60,705 bases of DNA from a virus (lineage: Duplodnaviria > Caudoviricetes), in IMG/VR virus record IMGVR_UViG_3300024999_000109, positions 1 to 60,705 of that record; one strand, written 5' to 3'. Position 1 is the stretch's first letter; every line of letters starts with the position of its first letter. A model generated the notes under the pieces. That model saw only the letters and a list, made by a program, of their open reading frames with translations. It made no database searches and was not told the DNA's origin. Positions 39,034 to 51,700 of this stretch are shown piece by piece. A program made the translations under genes and the position numbers.

Positions 39034-39659
39034 TGGCAGAAATGAAACAGGCACTCCCCCAGCAGAATCCTGAGCAAGTCGAAGAGGTACAAGATTCCAT
39101 AATCAACGAGGATGCCGCTGAAATCTCCCCTGCACAGCAGATGCAGATTGACGCATACTCGGACAACGCCACGCTTGTAGTCTTCTCAGCGGAGTCGCAG
39201 GATGCTATCCTCCAGTCACTCCAAACCGGACAGAACCCGATGGATGCCGTAGCGAAAACCGCGAACATCATCAACAAGCGTCTTCAAGAATCACTGAGCA
39301 AAGAAGGCGAGCAGATGACCGAGATAACCCTTTGTCTCGGTGCGGCCCATCTTGTCTCAGAACTGATCGTCCTGGCCGAAGCGGCAAAACTCTTCACGCT
39401 GACACCTGAGCAGAGGTTGGAGGCATTCAGGCAGACCCTGATGCAATACTTTGCCGCAGGCTTGAAGGACGGGTCTATTGATCCGGTGGAACTCCAGAAA
39501 ACCATCGAACCATTGATGAACCAAGACCAGCGCCAGGCGGGGCAGGAGTTTGCCGATAAATCAGGAATCATGAAAACTCCCCCGGCGAATAGCGGCATGT
39601 ACCGGGGTAATCAGCAGCAGGAACAACCACAACGTCAAGGCATTCTCGGGGGGATGTGA
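39033..39659 (+). CDS. Hypothetical virion-module protein
   Basis: TAATG coupling; acidic, Gln-rich. Confidence 0.55.
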   Translation: MAEMKQALPQQNPEQVEEVQDSIINEDAAEISPAQQMQIDAYSDNATLVVFSAESQDAILQSLQTGQNPMDAVAKTANIINKRLQESLSKEGEQMTEITLCLGAAHLVSELIVLAEAAKLFTLTPEQRLEAFRQTLMQYFAAGLKDGSIDPVELQKTIEPLMNQDQRQAGQEFADKSGIMKTPPANSGMYRGNQQQEQPQRQGILGGM

Positions 39660-39660
39660 T

Positions 39661-40767
39661 ATGGGCTTCAACATGACCGGGGCAGTAGCGGGATTACTTG
39701 GCGAGTACGGCAATCAGGCTGGAAAGATGGTTGAGCGACGGCAGGAGATCGAGCAGCGCAAACTTGAACAGGCCATGGCTGACCGGAAGGAACAGGCAGC
39801 GCTCGCCAAACAAGAAGCCTTGATGAAGTACAATTATTACCGGGAAGACCAGAAGGACATCCGGGACCAGAAGCGAATCGACGCACAGGCAGCGCGTGAC
39901 GATAAACGATATGCCGCACAAAATGACATGCTCGACAAGCGTATGTCGGCGCAAGAAGCAGCGGCAGAGCGCAGACACCAGCAGTCTCTTGCAAAGGGCG
40001 GTGGATCTGATAAACCATCCGCCACAGCCGAAAAGTTGCAGATGATCGAGAACGACCCGGACCTTTCCCCGGAAGAGAAGATTGCGGCCAAGAAGGCTAT
40101 TTACGGGCTTGAAGGGAAAGGTGGAAAAGGCGGATTGACTGATTACCAGATGATGCAGGCAGACGAGAAACTTGCCGAAATCGAAGTCACCGACGATGTC
40201 TCAATGAAGCAATACAACGCCATCGCCAAATATGCCGGCCGGCCACAATTGAAGAAGGTGGAGAAAACAGCAGGCCGCAAGGGCATTCTCGGTATCGGCT
40301 CGAAAGAACCTGAGTTTGAGTATGTCGAGGACTGGGAAGGCATGGGCGAGAAGGAAGATGTTTCCGTAAAACCGGAAAGCCAGAAGGGCGAGGCGAAGGG
40401 CGAGGCGCAAGCGGCTCCGATACCAAAGGCAAACATCAAAGACACGGCGATGGAGTTGTTAAGAAAGGGCCAGAAAGGACAGGATCCCGAACCAGGCATT
40501 GCAGCACCTGTAAAGGAACCAGCAAGCACAGATATCGGCTCGGTTCTCGGAACAATCGTCAACGGTGGTGTTACTGCCGTAAAGAAGATTGCAGCAGGTG
40601 GGCAAGACCTCAAAGAGCTTGAAGGTCAATTCCTCGGTCAGTTGAAAAACGCAAGAGAGCAGGAAAAGTCTGCAATCCTGAAGGCCATTGCCGCAGTCCG
40701 CCAGGTCATGATGACAGAGACGAACCCCGAAGCCGAGCTACGGTCAAGGGCATTTGCCCCGCGTTAA
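39661..40767 (+). CDS. DNA ejection protein
   Basis: Gly-rich N-terminus, charged coiled coil. Confidence 0.55.
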   Translation: MGFNMTGAVAGLLGEYGNQAGKMVERRQEIEQRKLEQAMADRKEQAALAKQEALMKYNYYREDQKDIRDQKRIDAQAARDDKRYAAQNDMLDKRMSAQEAAAERRHQQSLAKGGGSDKPSATAEKLQMIENDPDLSPEEKIAAKKAIYGLEGKGGKGGLTDYQMMQADEKLAEIEVTDDVSMKQYNAIAKYAGRPQLKKVEKTAGRKGILGIGSKEPEFEYVEDWEGMGEKEDVSVKPESQKGEAKGEAQAAPIPKANIKDTAMELLRKGQKGQDPEPGIAAPVKEPASTDIGSVLGTIVNGGVTAVKKIAAGGQDLKELEGQFLGQLKNAREQEKSAILKAIAAVRQVMMTETNPEAELRSRAFAPR

Positions 40768-41021
40768 TAACAGGTCACTGATCCACCAGTATCGGTGCAA
40801 TTCACCGTACCGTAGGGCGTGTCAACGATCTTCGTATTAACCTTGAAACTCGGAAGTGGCCGGGGTTGGTAGGCAGGCTGGTCGAAAATGATAACCTGCT
40901 GAGGTCTTTGATAGACAGGCCGTTGCAACCCAGTTCCGTAATACCCGGCATTGAAAGCGGCCATATCAGCGGCGGTGCAACCTGACAAGGACAGTGCGGC
41001 GATGACCAAAAAAGTTCTCAT
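40764..41021 (-). CDS. Small lipoprotein (moron, opposite strand)
   Basis: GGGGAG RBS; MRTFLVIAALSLSGC lipobox. Confidence 0.7.
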   Translation of the reverse strand: MRTFLVIAALSLSGCTAADMAAFNAGYYGTGLQRPVYQRPQQVIIFDQPAYQPRPLPSFKVNTKIVDTPYGTVNCTDTGGSVTCY

Positions 41022-41193
41022 AAACTCCCCCGTTTCTTTTAACCATATCAATTTCATTGAGTTATTGCAAGCCCGCGAAATTCTTTTATTCAGGCCGACG
41101 AAATATCAAAAAAAACATAGCAATTCTCCCCGTTTTGTGGTGAAATATAGTAGGCGAAATTAAAGATTAACCACTAACGACAGGGGTGTCAAA

Positions 41194-42363
41194 ATGGGGT
41201 GGGACGCTTACGCAATTTACCCGGATGGCAAGGAGATAGTCTTTGACCGGAAGAAGAACAAGATCAAAGACGACAAACTTGACGCTGCATTTGCCGCAGC
41301 CAATGAGATTGTAGTTGAAAAGGTTGGTATCGTTGATGGACTGTTGCGCCAAGCAGGACTTGATTGTAGTGATTGCGCATGTCAACTGCAAGAGCACACA
41401 GGAGTTGACGCGTGGAGAGAATACCCGATGACCCCCGAAGAGGTTCGTGCCGCCGCAAGTGATCTAAGGTGGGACTGCGAGCCAGAGGACGATGAAACTT
41501 GGTGGGCTTTTTATTCTGCCAAGATGTTTATCAAAACATGCGCAGCAGAAGGTCTTGCGGTGCGATTCTCGTTCTAATTTTAAATGACAGGGGAGATACA
41601 TGGGAAAAAGAAAGAAGGTAGAGAAAATCACCTACCGAACCCTAAAGGCAGAAATCCGGGCCTTGCTCGGCAGACCGGGGGTTGTGGAAGATGCTGAGGA
41701 TAGAATACTTGATTGGTTGTTGCGAAGGGAACGAGATAGACAAATTGAGCAGGAGGTAGAGAAAGCCTTCAGTCTGTCTCTACCAGACTTGGCAGAAATA
41801 GCAAAGCAGGAGCAAGCCGCAAGCAAATGGAATCTGAGCAGCGAGTTCAGTTCTCACCCTGACGCTGTTAATATAACCTATCGGATGACCAGAAAAATAC
41901 CGACCGGAATCCCGCAGAATGACGTTAAGGAAATTACACTGGCAAGGGATGATATCGCCGGGTTGATGGCATTCATGCAGTCAGTGGAACAGGGGGAATA
42001 ACATGAAAACCTTCATAGAGATCGGAAAGCCCATTGTTCTGCTTTTTATAGCCTTTGGCATATACACAGAGGCCGGCCCAGTGACGGCGATAGCTGTTTC
42101 GGCATTGCTTATTTATCAGAGTTATTATGGGCATAAACATGGAAAGCAGGGGGAATAACATGAACGACAAATATCAAGAACCAAGGATAACGATAAATGG
42201 CACAGAGCTTACTGCCGGTCAATCAATGACCGTTCGGGTCGCCATCAGTTCATTCATTATCAACATGCAGTCAGATGGCCTCGGTGATGATGAACATGGC
42301 AAAATAATGACCGCCGCCTACCTTGAAAGAGCAAGAGAGGTTGAGGGGTTGCTTGTAAAATAA
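41194..42363 (+). other. Moron cassette of four small genes (41194-41577, 41600-42001, 42003-42158, 42160-42363)
   Basis: AT-rich upstream spacer; CAGGGG-type RBS before each; interrupts the ejection operon. Confidence 0.7.
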
Positions 42364-42397
42364 CCAAGGAATAGACATCAACCACCCAAGGTGATCA

Positions 42398-42739
42398 ATG
42401 TTTGACTTCAACGAAGTCCTAGAATCTCCCGAATACCAGAACGCCACCGATGATCTTGAATGCAAACTATGCAACGGCATACCGCAGAGATGGAGGCAAA
42501 AGCCACTAATTATTCTTTCACTTTATAGGCCATTAAGTCTGTGCGAAAACCATCTTGCCGATGTGGTCAATTCTTACGGAAATAAATTTAACAAAGATAC
42601 CAGATTGTGCGCTGACTGTGGTTGTCTTGTAGAAAAAAAAGACTGGTCAACGATGGGCCAGTTGTCTCGCGGTAGAGATATCTGTGAAAAATGTTTCACC
42701 AGTCATACTTGTATGCCAGCCATCGGCCATCATGGGTAA
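42398..42739 (+). CDS. Cys-rich protein carrying a copy of the giant protein's N-terminus
   Basis: MFDFNEVLESPEYQNAT followed by CxxC pairs. Confidence 0.65.
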   Translation: MFDFNEVLESPEYQNATDDLECKLCNGIPQRWRQKPLIILSLYRPLSLCENHLADVVNSYGNKFNKDTRLCADCGCLVEKKDWSTMGQLSRGRDICEKCFTSHTCMPAIGHHG

Positions 42740-42765
42740 TGTCCACAAACCAGTTAGGGTGACAA

Positions 42766-45700
42766 ATGTTTGACTTTAATGAGGTCTTTGATTCGCCTGA
42801 ATACCAGAACGCCACCCCGGAAGCGCAACTTGAGGTCGAGGCGCTGCTCGCTGAAAACTTCTGGACCGAGCTAACGTCTGATCCATCATGGGTTGAAAAA
42901 ACGCCTGAAGAGCAGAAGGAATACCGGAAAGCGTTTGATCAGCGGTTCCGGCCTGGCCTTGAGGTCAGACTGAAACTTGAGGGAGATGGCCGAAGCACCT
43001 TGGACGTTGCCAAAGACACCGGCATTGCCTTAACGAAGGGTGTTGTCAATGCCGGGGCTGGCGTTGTTGGTATTGCCGATATAGCCACAGGTGGACGTGT
43101 CGGCAAGTTCATGAACGACAAGACAGGGTACGACCCGAAGGCAACCAATCAATTCCTTGATGAGAAGTATTCCGAAGAGCAGCAACTTGCCAACCAGAAT
43201 GTAGAGCAGGCCGAAGGATTTGGCGGGAAGGTAAAAGCCCTCGCTCAAAACCCAAGCGCGGCGGGGATACTCACCCTTGAATCAGTACCGTCGATGGTCG
43301 GTGGCGCCGGGATAGGCCAGGGCATAAGGAAGGTTGCTGGTGCTGGCGGGATATTGGCCGCAGGTGCTGGTGAAGGTGCGATATCTGCCGGTTCAATGGC
43401 GGAACAGATCAGACAGGAAAACCCGGATGAATTATTGACACCCGGGCAGGCGGCAATGTCTGCCGGTTCTGGTGTGCTCACCGGAGCGCTTGGTGTGGTC
43501 GGTGGCAGGCTGGCGCAAAAGATGGGTTTCACCGATATCGACAGTTATCTCGTGACGGTGGGAGATGAGGCAGTCAAGGCCACAGGCGCAAAGGGCGTGG
43601 TCAACCGGATTATAGGCGGCGGCATCACTGAAGGCGCGTTTGAGGAAATGCCGCAGTCTATGCAAGAGCAGGTATGGCAGAACGCGGCAACCGGCAAGCC
43701 TCTCATGCAGGGAGTGCCGGAAGCAGGCGGCGAGGGCGCGGTTCTTGGTGGAATTATGGGTGCTGGTGCAAATCTTCTTCCGAGCAAACCAACCCCGAAA
43801 GACATAATCGACGCCCCAGATATCGACACGGCAATAGACACCTTCACCGAGTCTGTAAAATCCATTGATACCAAGATTGCCGGGATTGACGAACGGGTGA
43901 AGGGTTCGCCGGTTGATTTTGGGATACTTTCATCGCCCGTCGATCCGATTACAGGGCAAGCAATCATACAGGGGAAAACAGATGATACTATTCGGGCGGC
44001 TGGAAATAATCTGGTACAAGAAGGGCCAGCTCAAGGAAGTGTTGGCATCGAGGGTGTGCCAGAGGGTGGCGGCGGAAGTGAACGCCAGGTCAATACAGAT
44101 GCAGGCGTCAGTAATCCGCGAACTGAGGGAGGAATTGAAAGCAGCGCGAGGCGAGATTATCAGATACAAAACGGCACCACCGCCACAGCAGGAGATGCCG
44201 GGGGAGTTTTGGGAAAAGGAAATGCGCTTGAAGTCCCCGAATACACCGAATCAGCCATAAACGACGCCCTCTACGACTTCTCCGACCAAGCCCAGGACGA
44301 GCAGGACCAGGCCGACGCCCGGAAGCGCAAGAATGACTTCGTGAACATGCGCGATGAGGATCAGGCTATCACCGAACTCAATCGCCGGAACCAGCCCGAG
44401 GTCGAACCCGACCCGCAGTTATCCGCACCAATCCAGAAAACAACGCCTCTATCCAGGATCAAAAAGGATTACGGGGTTGACGTTTATAACGAGGTCAAGG
44501 CGGCAAGAGGTAATGGTGAGGCTATATCTGTAGAGGAAGCGATAAACAGGGTCGTTAAGAAGCAGGGCGGCGATGTATTTGCCGATACACAGGGAGAACA
44601 AAATGGAGACACTCGACCAAACGATAGCGCGGTTGTTCGGAGAAGCGAAGAAAGCGGAGCAGCAGCGGGATTGGGAAATACAGAGGGAGGTGCTGATCAA
44701 GAGGCAGGAATACGCGGCGGCACTGCGGAAGTACAGCCAGTTGAAGCAGGGCCACAAAATCCCCCCCAAATCCCCCAATCAGCCCAATATCTAGGCAAAT
44801 CACTCGGCGAGCATCTTTACAAGGATACTGACGGGACGTTGTATCGGAGTGAGGAGGCACCTGCTGAGAAAGCTGCCGTTGCGCCTCAGCAAATAGAGAC
44901 AAGCCAGGTTGTGTCTCAAAATAGCGAAGATATGAGTCGCAAAATCACCTCTGCGGCGAAAGATGAACAAAACTTCTCCAAAAAGAGAAAGTTCTCTGCG
45001 GCAGGCGGCCCAGACGTGGAATCGCTCTCCGAGAAGGGGAAGAGTAATGCGGCAAGTATCGCCATGGAGTGGCAAGGATACGACCCGACCCACTCAGACC
45101 GACTGCTGGCGCTTGAGTCATTTTCATCTTCTGTTGGCGATGGGTTTGTCCCAACCATAGGAAAAGATCAGGGCCTTACCAATAAGCAATCTGCTAGTTT
45201 GCTGGCTATAACTGGGGTGATTTCTGACAAGAAGATTTCTGACAAAATAATGTCACTCGTCTATGCCGGGGAGATCGATGAAGCCAATAAGCTCAGAAAA
45301 GAGCATTCTATCATTTATGACGCTAGGGGTGATGGGGATTTTTCCCCAAAATATACCATAGGCGATAAAGGCAGGAAGTTGATTCAATCGCTTCAATCTG
45401 TTGAGGCGGAAATATCCGCAGCAAGAAGAAGACCGCAAGAACTGAACAACACCCCCTCAGCCTCTGTCCCGGACACGCGCACCGAGGGGGTTACTTCTAT
45501 ACCTGCGACGGCAGACACCTACGAAGAATCCCAAGCCAACCTAGAATCAGTCCGCCCCTCAATCCAATCCGGCAAGGATATCAAAACCGCCCCAAATGTC
45601 GTCTTGATGAACGTCAGGACGAAGAAAGGCGAGAACCCGACCAAGATATCAGCCCCGCACAATGGCACCGAGGAAGACGCGTTACGGGTCGCCAAGGCAC

Positions 45701-48700
45701 TGCGGCTGTACGCAGCCGAGGAATACGATGCCTCCATGCAGCAATCGGAGACATTCGGGACTGATGATAAAGGTTCGCCTCAATACGCTTTCACTCAGGG
45801 GCAGGGGGTTACTGAGGTTGTTCGGCTGGATGATTCAGGGAAGTCCGCCCCAAGTGACAAATCCGCCACTCCAATCAAGCAAGCGTGGCAGATGAACAGG
45901 GCCGAGTTTCGGGAATCGGTTAATACTCCGAAGGTTGCGGCGATCAAGAAAGCAATCTCAGCAGGGCAGCGGATAAGCGTCAACACGCAGTTGAAGTCAA
46001 TCCCCCTCTCAAAGCCCGATCATATCCGCATTGCAAAAGATGGCGGCGTGGCGGTCCCTCAAGGCGCAAAGTGGGTATCTCTGGCTGACGATCAAGTCGA
46101 TTTACTTGCTACTCAGGCTGGAATGGAAGTGCCAGGGTTCAACGAGAAGACATACCACAGAGAAGAAGTTAAGAAAGCCAGGGAAGAGGGAAAACCCGTT
46201 CCTGAAGAGGTTCTTAGCGAATACCCCGACCTCTTTGAAACAGAGGAAGATAATATCATCACCGGCGCAACCGGCACAGCAGAAACCGAGAGTGGCAGGG
46301 AGATATCATTTCAGTGGGTGATAGCAGAGAGTGATGATGTTATCGCCAGCAACGACAAGGATACGATGGAGGTCAACCCGGACTATCCGGCAGAACTCCA
46401 ACCGAGAAACCGCGAGAACGCAGCATACAAACTCCAGGTTGCCAAGATATCAAATAACCTCAAGCCTGCCCGATTAGGATCGAGCCAGATGGTCGGAGAT
46501 GGTGCTCCTATCGTCGGACCTGACATGGCGGTTGAGAGCGGCAACGGTCGAACCATCGCCATCAAGCAGGCATACGGCAGCGGCAAGGCCAATGGGTACA
46601 AAGAATGGATTGCGAAACACGCTGAAGAATTTGGCCTGACCAGTGATCAAGTCAACGGCATGGCCTCGCCTATCCTGGTGCGTGTTCGCCAGACGGAAAT
46701 GACCACCAAGGAACGGGTTGCCTTTGCATCCGAGGCCAATGAGTCGGCGGTAACGGCAATGAGTGCGGTTGAGCAGGCCAGTGTCGATGCGAGAAAACTT
46801 GAATCCCTGGATGACTTCTACCCCTCAGAATCAGGCGAATTTGACAATGCTAGCAATCGGGGTTTTATCAAGCGGTTCATCTCTGCCATCATTGCAGCTT
46901 CAGAGCAGAACGGCATGTACACGGCGGACGGGTCCGCTCTGTCCCAAGAAGGCAAGACGAGAATCCGCAACGCGGTATTCGCCAAGGCATACGGCGCCGA
47001 TGCAAAGGTATTGTCAAGGGTGGTTGAATCGACCGACAACAATATCCGAAACATCACCAATGGAATGTTGATTGCCGCGCCGAAGATAGCCAAAATGAAA
47101 ATGGACATCGCCGCCGGCAAGCTCTATGCTTTAGATAACTCTGAAGAGATCGCCAGGGCCGTTGAAGACCTCGCCTCAATCCTGGCAGAAGGCAAGACGG
47201 TTGATAATGAATTGGCGCAGCTCGGGCTGTTTGGAGATAATCGGACAGAAGCACACAAGGCATTGCTCCGTTTCCTGGAAGAGAACAAGCGGAGCGGCAA
47301 GAAGATTGCTCTTTTTCTGACCGAGTACGTAGGAAATGTCTATGCTGCCGGCAATCCGAAACAGATGGGCATGTTTGGCGAGAAGAGAGCGGCAACCATT
47401 CAGGAAGTCATAGCGAAAGCCGTTTCGACGGTGGAGGAAAGCAAAAATGTCGGAAAACAAGCAGAAATACCCTGGAATACAGGCACTGAACGAAGCGACA
47501 AAAGACCCGCTGATATCCAGGATAATGATGGACTCGATACGAGCAGCGGAGAAGGGCGAGCCAAGAAAGGTCAAGAATCCGCTCAGGCCGGGGTTGCGCC
47601 GGAAGAAGTAGGGAAGCCCGGACCACTCCCGGAATATGCCAAGAAGGCCGGGATAGCAACATGGAAGCAGGCGCAGAGAAAAGGCGTGGCCTCGCTTATC
47701 TCTCAAGCCAAGGGCTACGCCGACGAGATAGTCAAGCACAACGTCACCATGACACGCGGCAATCCCGAATCGGTAGCCAATAAGATAGCCGAAGAGATAA
47801 TCCAGCGTACCGTCATCTCTGGCGGCCTTGATTCAACACTTCAAGGCCTCGCTGTTCAATATTGGCAGAAGGCGAAAAGCAACGGCAGCGACCCCTCAGG
47901 TGATCAGCATTATACCGCCATTGCTCGGGGGATTGAGGCACTTCGGGCCAGGCTGAAGAATTTAGGGAAGACCAAAGAGGTGGGCTCCTTAAATAGCGGC
48001 AGCATCCTTGACATTTCCCAGGGAAAAGCTGAGAATAAAGTTGAAGGCGCGGTATTCACAACCCAAGGAGAAGGAGAAGAAAATGTACTGCGGCAAACTC
48101 CCGGAATATCCATCTTCATCAATTCTTCAGCCCAAACCAGGGCAGAAAGTCTCCTTGCATCCGTCACTCACGACAGGGTCGGGGAGTTTAGAACAAAGAC
48201 CAAGCGGATCAGGACGGCAAAAGAAGTCGCTGAAGTCGTCGGCCCAAGAATTGCTGGCGAAGCTCAAGAGAATATTTTCGTCGTAGCGACAACCGAAGAC
48301 GGTTCACCCCTGGCAATCCTGCAGCACTCCTACGGAAAGAAATCATCCGCAGTTCTTGAATATGACTCAGTCATAGGCTTTGTCCACAACACAGAAGGGG
48401 CGGAACGGTTCTGGGTAATCCACAATCATCCGGTCAAAAACCCGAAACTATCAGACGCAGATAAAAGTGTCTCCAATGCGCTGTTCTCTCTAACCAGCGG
48501 CACCGGGATAGAGTTCAACGGACTGATGGCGATAGACGTTGAGGGGAATTATGAATATTCCTTTTCCGGGGACGACAATCAAACACCTTCAGGATACTAC
48601 CTTTTTGATAAAGATATCCCGCTCGTAAGGAGAGTTTTAAGCAAGTACGATACTGAAAATATTGTCAATGGCGACAATGCTGATATTGCCGTCCCTGAAA

Positions 48701-51700
48701 TGCTTGAGCCGTTTGGGAATACAAACGGCGTATTGATGTTTGACAACCAGGGCGGACCGCTTGGGTTCGTATCCTTATCGGAAGACGAAACACTCCAGTT
48801 GCGCAGTGGGCGCAAAGGCACAGGGGCATCGAAGATTCTTTCGGCCATTGAAGCATCCAATGCGACGTTCTACGCTGTTTCAACACACTCCCCAGCAAAT
48901 ACCCTCGCAAACGGCAATATTACATCATTCTTGACCCTGCATGGCGGGAATGTATTCAGGAACTACCGCGACGGTCAGAAAATTCCTTTGACCTCTGGTG
49001 ATATTGGATCTGGATCGACGTTCTTCTCCCGTGAGGCAGGGGGAGTATTCACCCAAGCCGAAGTAGAGAAAGAGCTATCCGCCCACCTTGGCGCCAATGG
49101 CATGCAGAACCTTCTCGCCACCGGCACCGTCCGCATTCTCAACACCCAGGACCAGGCCCGGAAGATCATTGACCGGCTGAAGACACGCAACGTCAAGCAC
49201 TCCATCCGCTATTCCAAGAACGGGGCTATTCAGGGATTCACCACCGCCAGCAAGGTCTATCTGGTCCGGGATGGCATAGCCAAGGGCAAATCCTTCGCGG
49301 TCCTGAAGCATGAGCTTGGTGCCCATCTCGGCCAGGCCACCTTGAATAATGCCGAATTTCAGGCGCTCCTGAAGTCAATCGAAGCCCGCAAGGATGAGCA
49401 GAGCAAGACCGGCGACGCCATCCGCGCGGCGATGGCGAGAGTGCCGAAATCCACAAACCCCGAACATTACTGGGAAGAGGTATTGGCCTACGCGGTTGAG
49501 CAATCCCCGGAAGTCGGCATAGGCCGCAGGTTCATCGCCTTAATCAAACGGATGCTCGTCAAGCTCGGCATCTCTCCGAAGATATTTACGGCGGCTGATC
49601 TGGCGGCATTGGCTGAGGCTGCTGTGAGAAGAGAAACAAGGTCGGTAGAAAATGAGAAACAGAGAGATACGAAAAGAACAGCAGAGAAAACAAATTCCGG
49701 CAATTCACGGTTATTGCGTGCATCCATATCTCCAGATGGTGAGGCGGGGAGAGATAACGCCAGAGGAATGCGGCGAGATGTTGAAGGAATTGAGGGAGTG
49801 GCACCGGAAGAAGTACGGGGTCTGAGCGATGACGAGCCTATGTTCTCCGTGCAGGCAGCCGAAGCCTACGACACCGACATGCAGGAGTCGGCGGAAGAAG
49901 AACCCAACGCCCCTATCATAGCCGACGCAGCAGGCACATTCAGCACCGGGACATACGATGATCCTGCCATGATAGCGCAGATCAAACCAGGCGTACAGGT
50001 TGAGCTTATCCGCGAGCCGGAGAACGAAGCCGACTCCGATGCAATTAGAATCGAACTGAACGGCAAGAAAGTGGGCTACGTCTCCAAGATAAAATCACCG
50101 CAACTCACCGACCTCATGGACGACAGGGTGGACCTGACTGCGAAAATCCGCACCGTAGCGAACCCCGAAAGGCCCGTATTCACCATCGAGATTGCCAAGC
50201 CCGAAGGCATGACCGATATGCAAGAGCGAAGCTGGGCGGATGCAAGGGATATCATCGGCAGGCACAAGGACGGATGGTCATTCAAGCGCATTGCCGAGAA
50301 AGCAGAGGTGGACCCGGAAGAAGACTACACCGACGACATTGAAGCAGCGGCAAGAGAAGTATTGGAAAAATCCAAGCCTGAAAAAAACTGGGTGAAAAAG
50401 ATTGTCAAGTTTGTCTCTGGATTGAAACATGACAAACTGAACCACCTGTTCAGCGTGTTGACTTTGCAGCAGTTGGACGACATCTACGGTAGAGACTTTA
50501 CCCCTGTCAAGGATTTCCGAAAGGCGGCAAAGGGTATCTCCGCGATGACCAACGAACTTTTACAGGAAGCCGACCGCCTCCACCAGAAATGGTCAAGCCT
50601 GAATCCGAAGGTAGCGGCGGACATGGCGGATGTCATGTTTAAAGCAACTACTCTCGGGTTCGACCCGGACGTAGACACCGATATCCAGACTCTCAAGGAT
50701 ACCCTGGAAGAGAAAAGGGTTGCATTAAAGGCAGCACGGCAGGCCAAACTTACGGGCGAGCAGAAAGCAAAGATTGTCCGCAAACTCATTAAGGAAGTCG
50801 GAGCGGCAAAGAAGGATCTGGCAGGTGCTGAAGACCTTATCCCGGCATTCAACGCATTGCCTGAAGAAGCAAAGGAAGTATATCGTGAGGTGCGAAAGAT
50901 TTATCAGGACCGCTTTGGTCTCCTGCAAGAAGTCCTCATTGAGCAGATTGAGAAAAGCGGAATCGGCAAGGGCAAGAGATCAACCATCGCCGCTTTGAAA
51001 CTGGAATTTGACAAGCAGATGAAGTCCGGGCCATACTTCCCCCTTTCCCGGTTTGGTGATCATATCGTCATTGCCAAGAAACTTGACAGCGAGGGCAATG
51101 AAGTGGACCGCATGGTCAAGGCCTTTGAACGGTTCGCCAACGCAGAGGAATTTTCCGTCGGCATGAGGGCGAAAGGCTTTGATGTAACCCTGCGGCGAGC
51201 GAAAGACTACAAGCCAGGGCAGCAACCTCCGCACGAATTTGCCAGCGAGGTTTTGAAGATCGTCAACTCTGCGGACATGGATTCACAGGAGCGCAGGCAG
51301 ATCATGGACGAGATCAACCAAGCCATGATCAAGGTTCTCCCCGACCTTTCCTACCGGAAGCATTTTGCCCACAGAAAAGGCGTGAAGGGGTACAGCCAGG
51401 ACGCACAGCGGGCCTTTGCTTCCCATATGCTCCACTCGGCGAAACACATTGCAAAGGTCAAATACGGCACCGACCTGAATACCGCAATCAAAGCGATGGA
51501 GAATAGCAAGTTTGCCCATGACGAGAAGTCGGCGGCGGTCGAGGGCGCACTGAGGAACGAACTGGTGAAGCGGTTTGAGTTTATCATGAACGCCAATGTG
51601 CATCCGGCAGCACAGATATTGACAAGTCTTGGGTTCGCCTGGAACATCGGGCCGTCTTTGGCATCTGCTGTGGTCAACCTCACGCAGACCCCGCTTGTCG

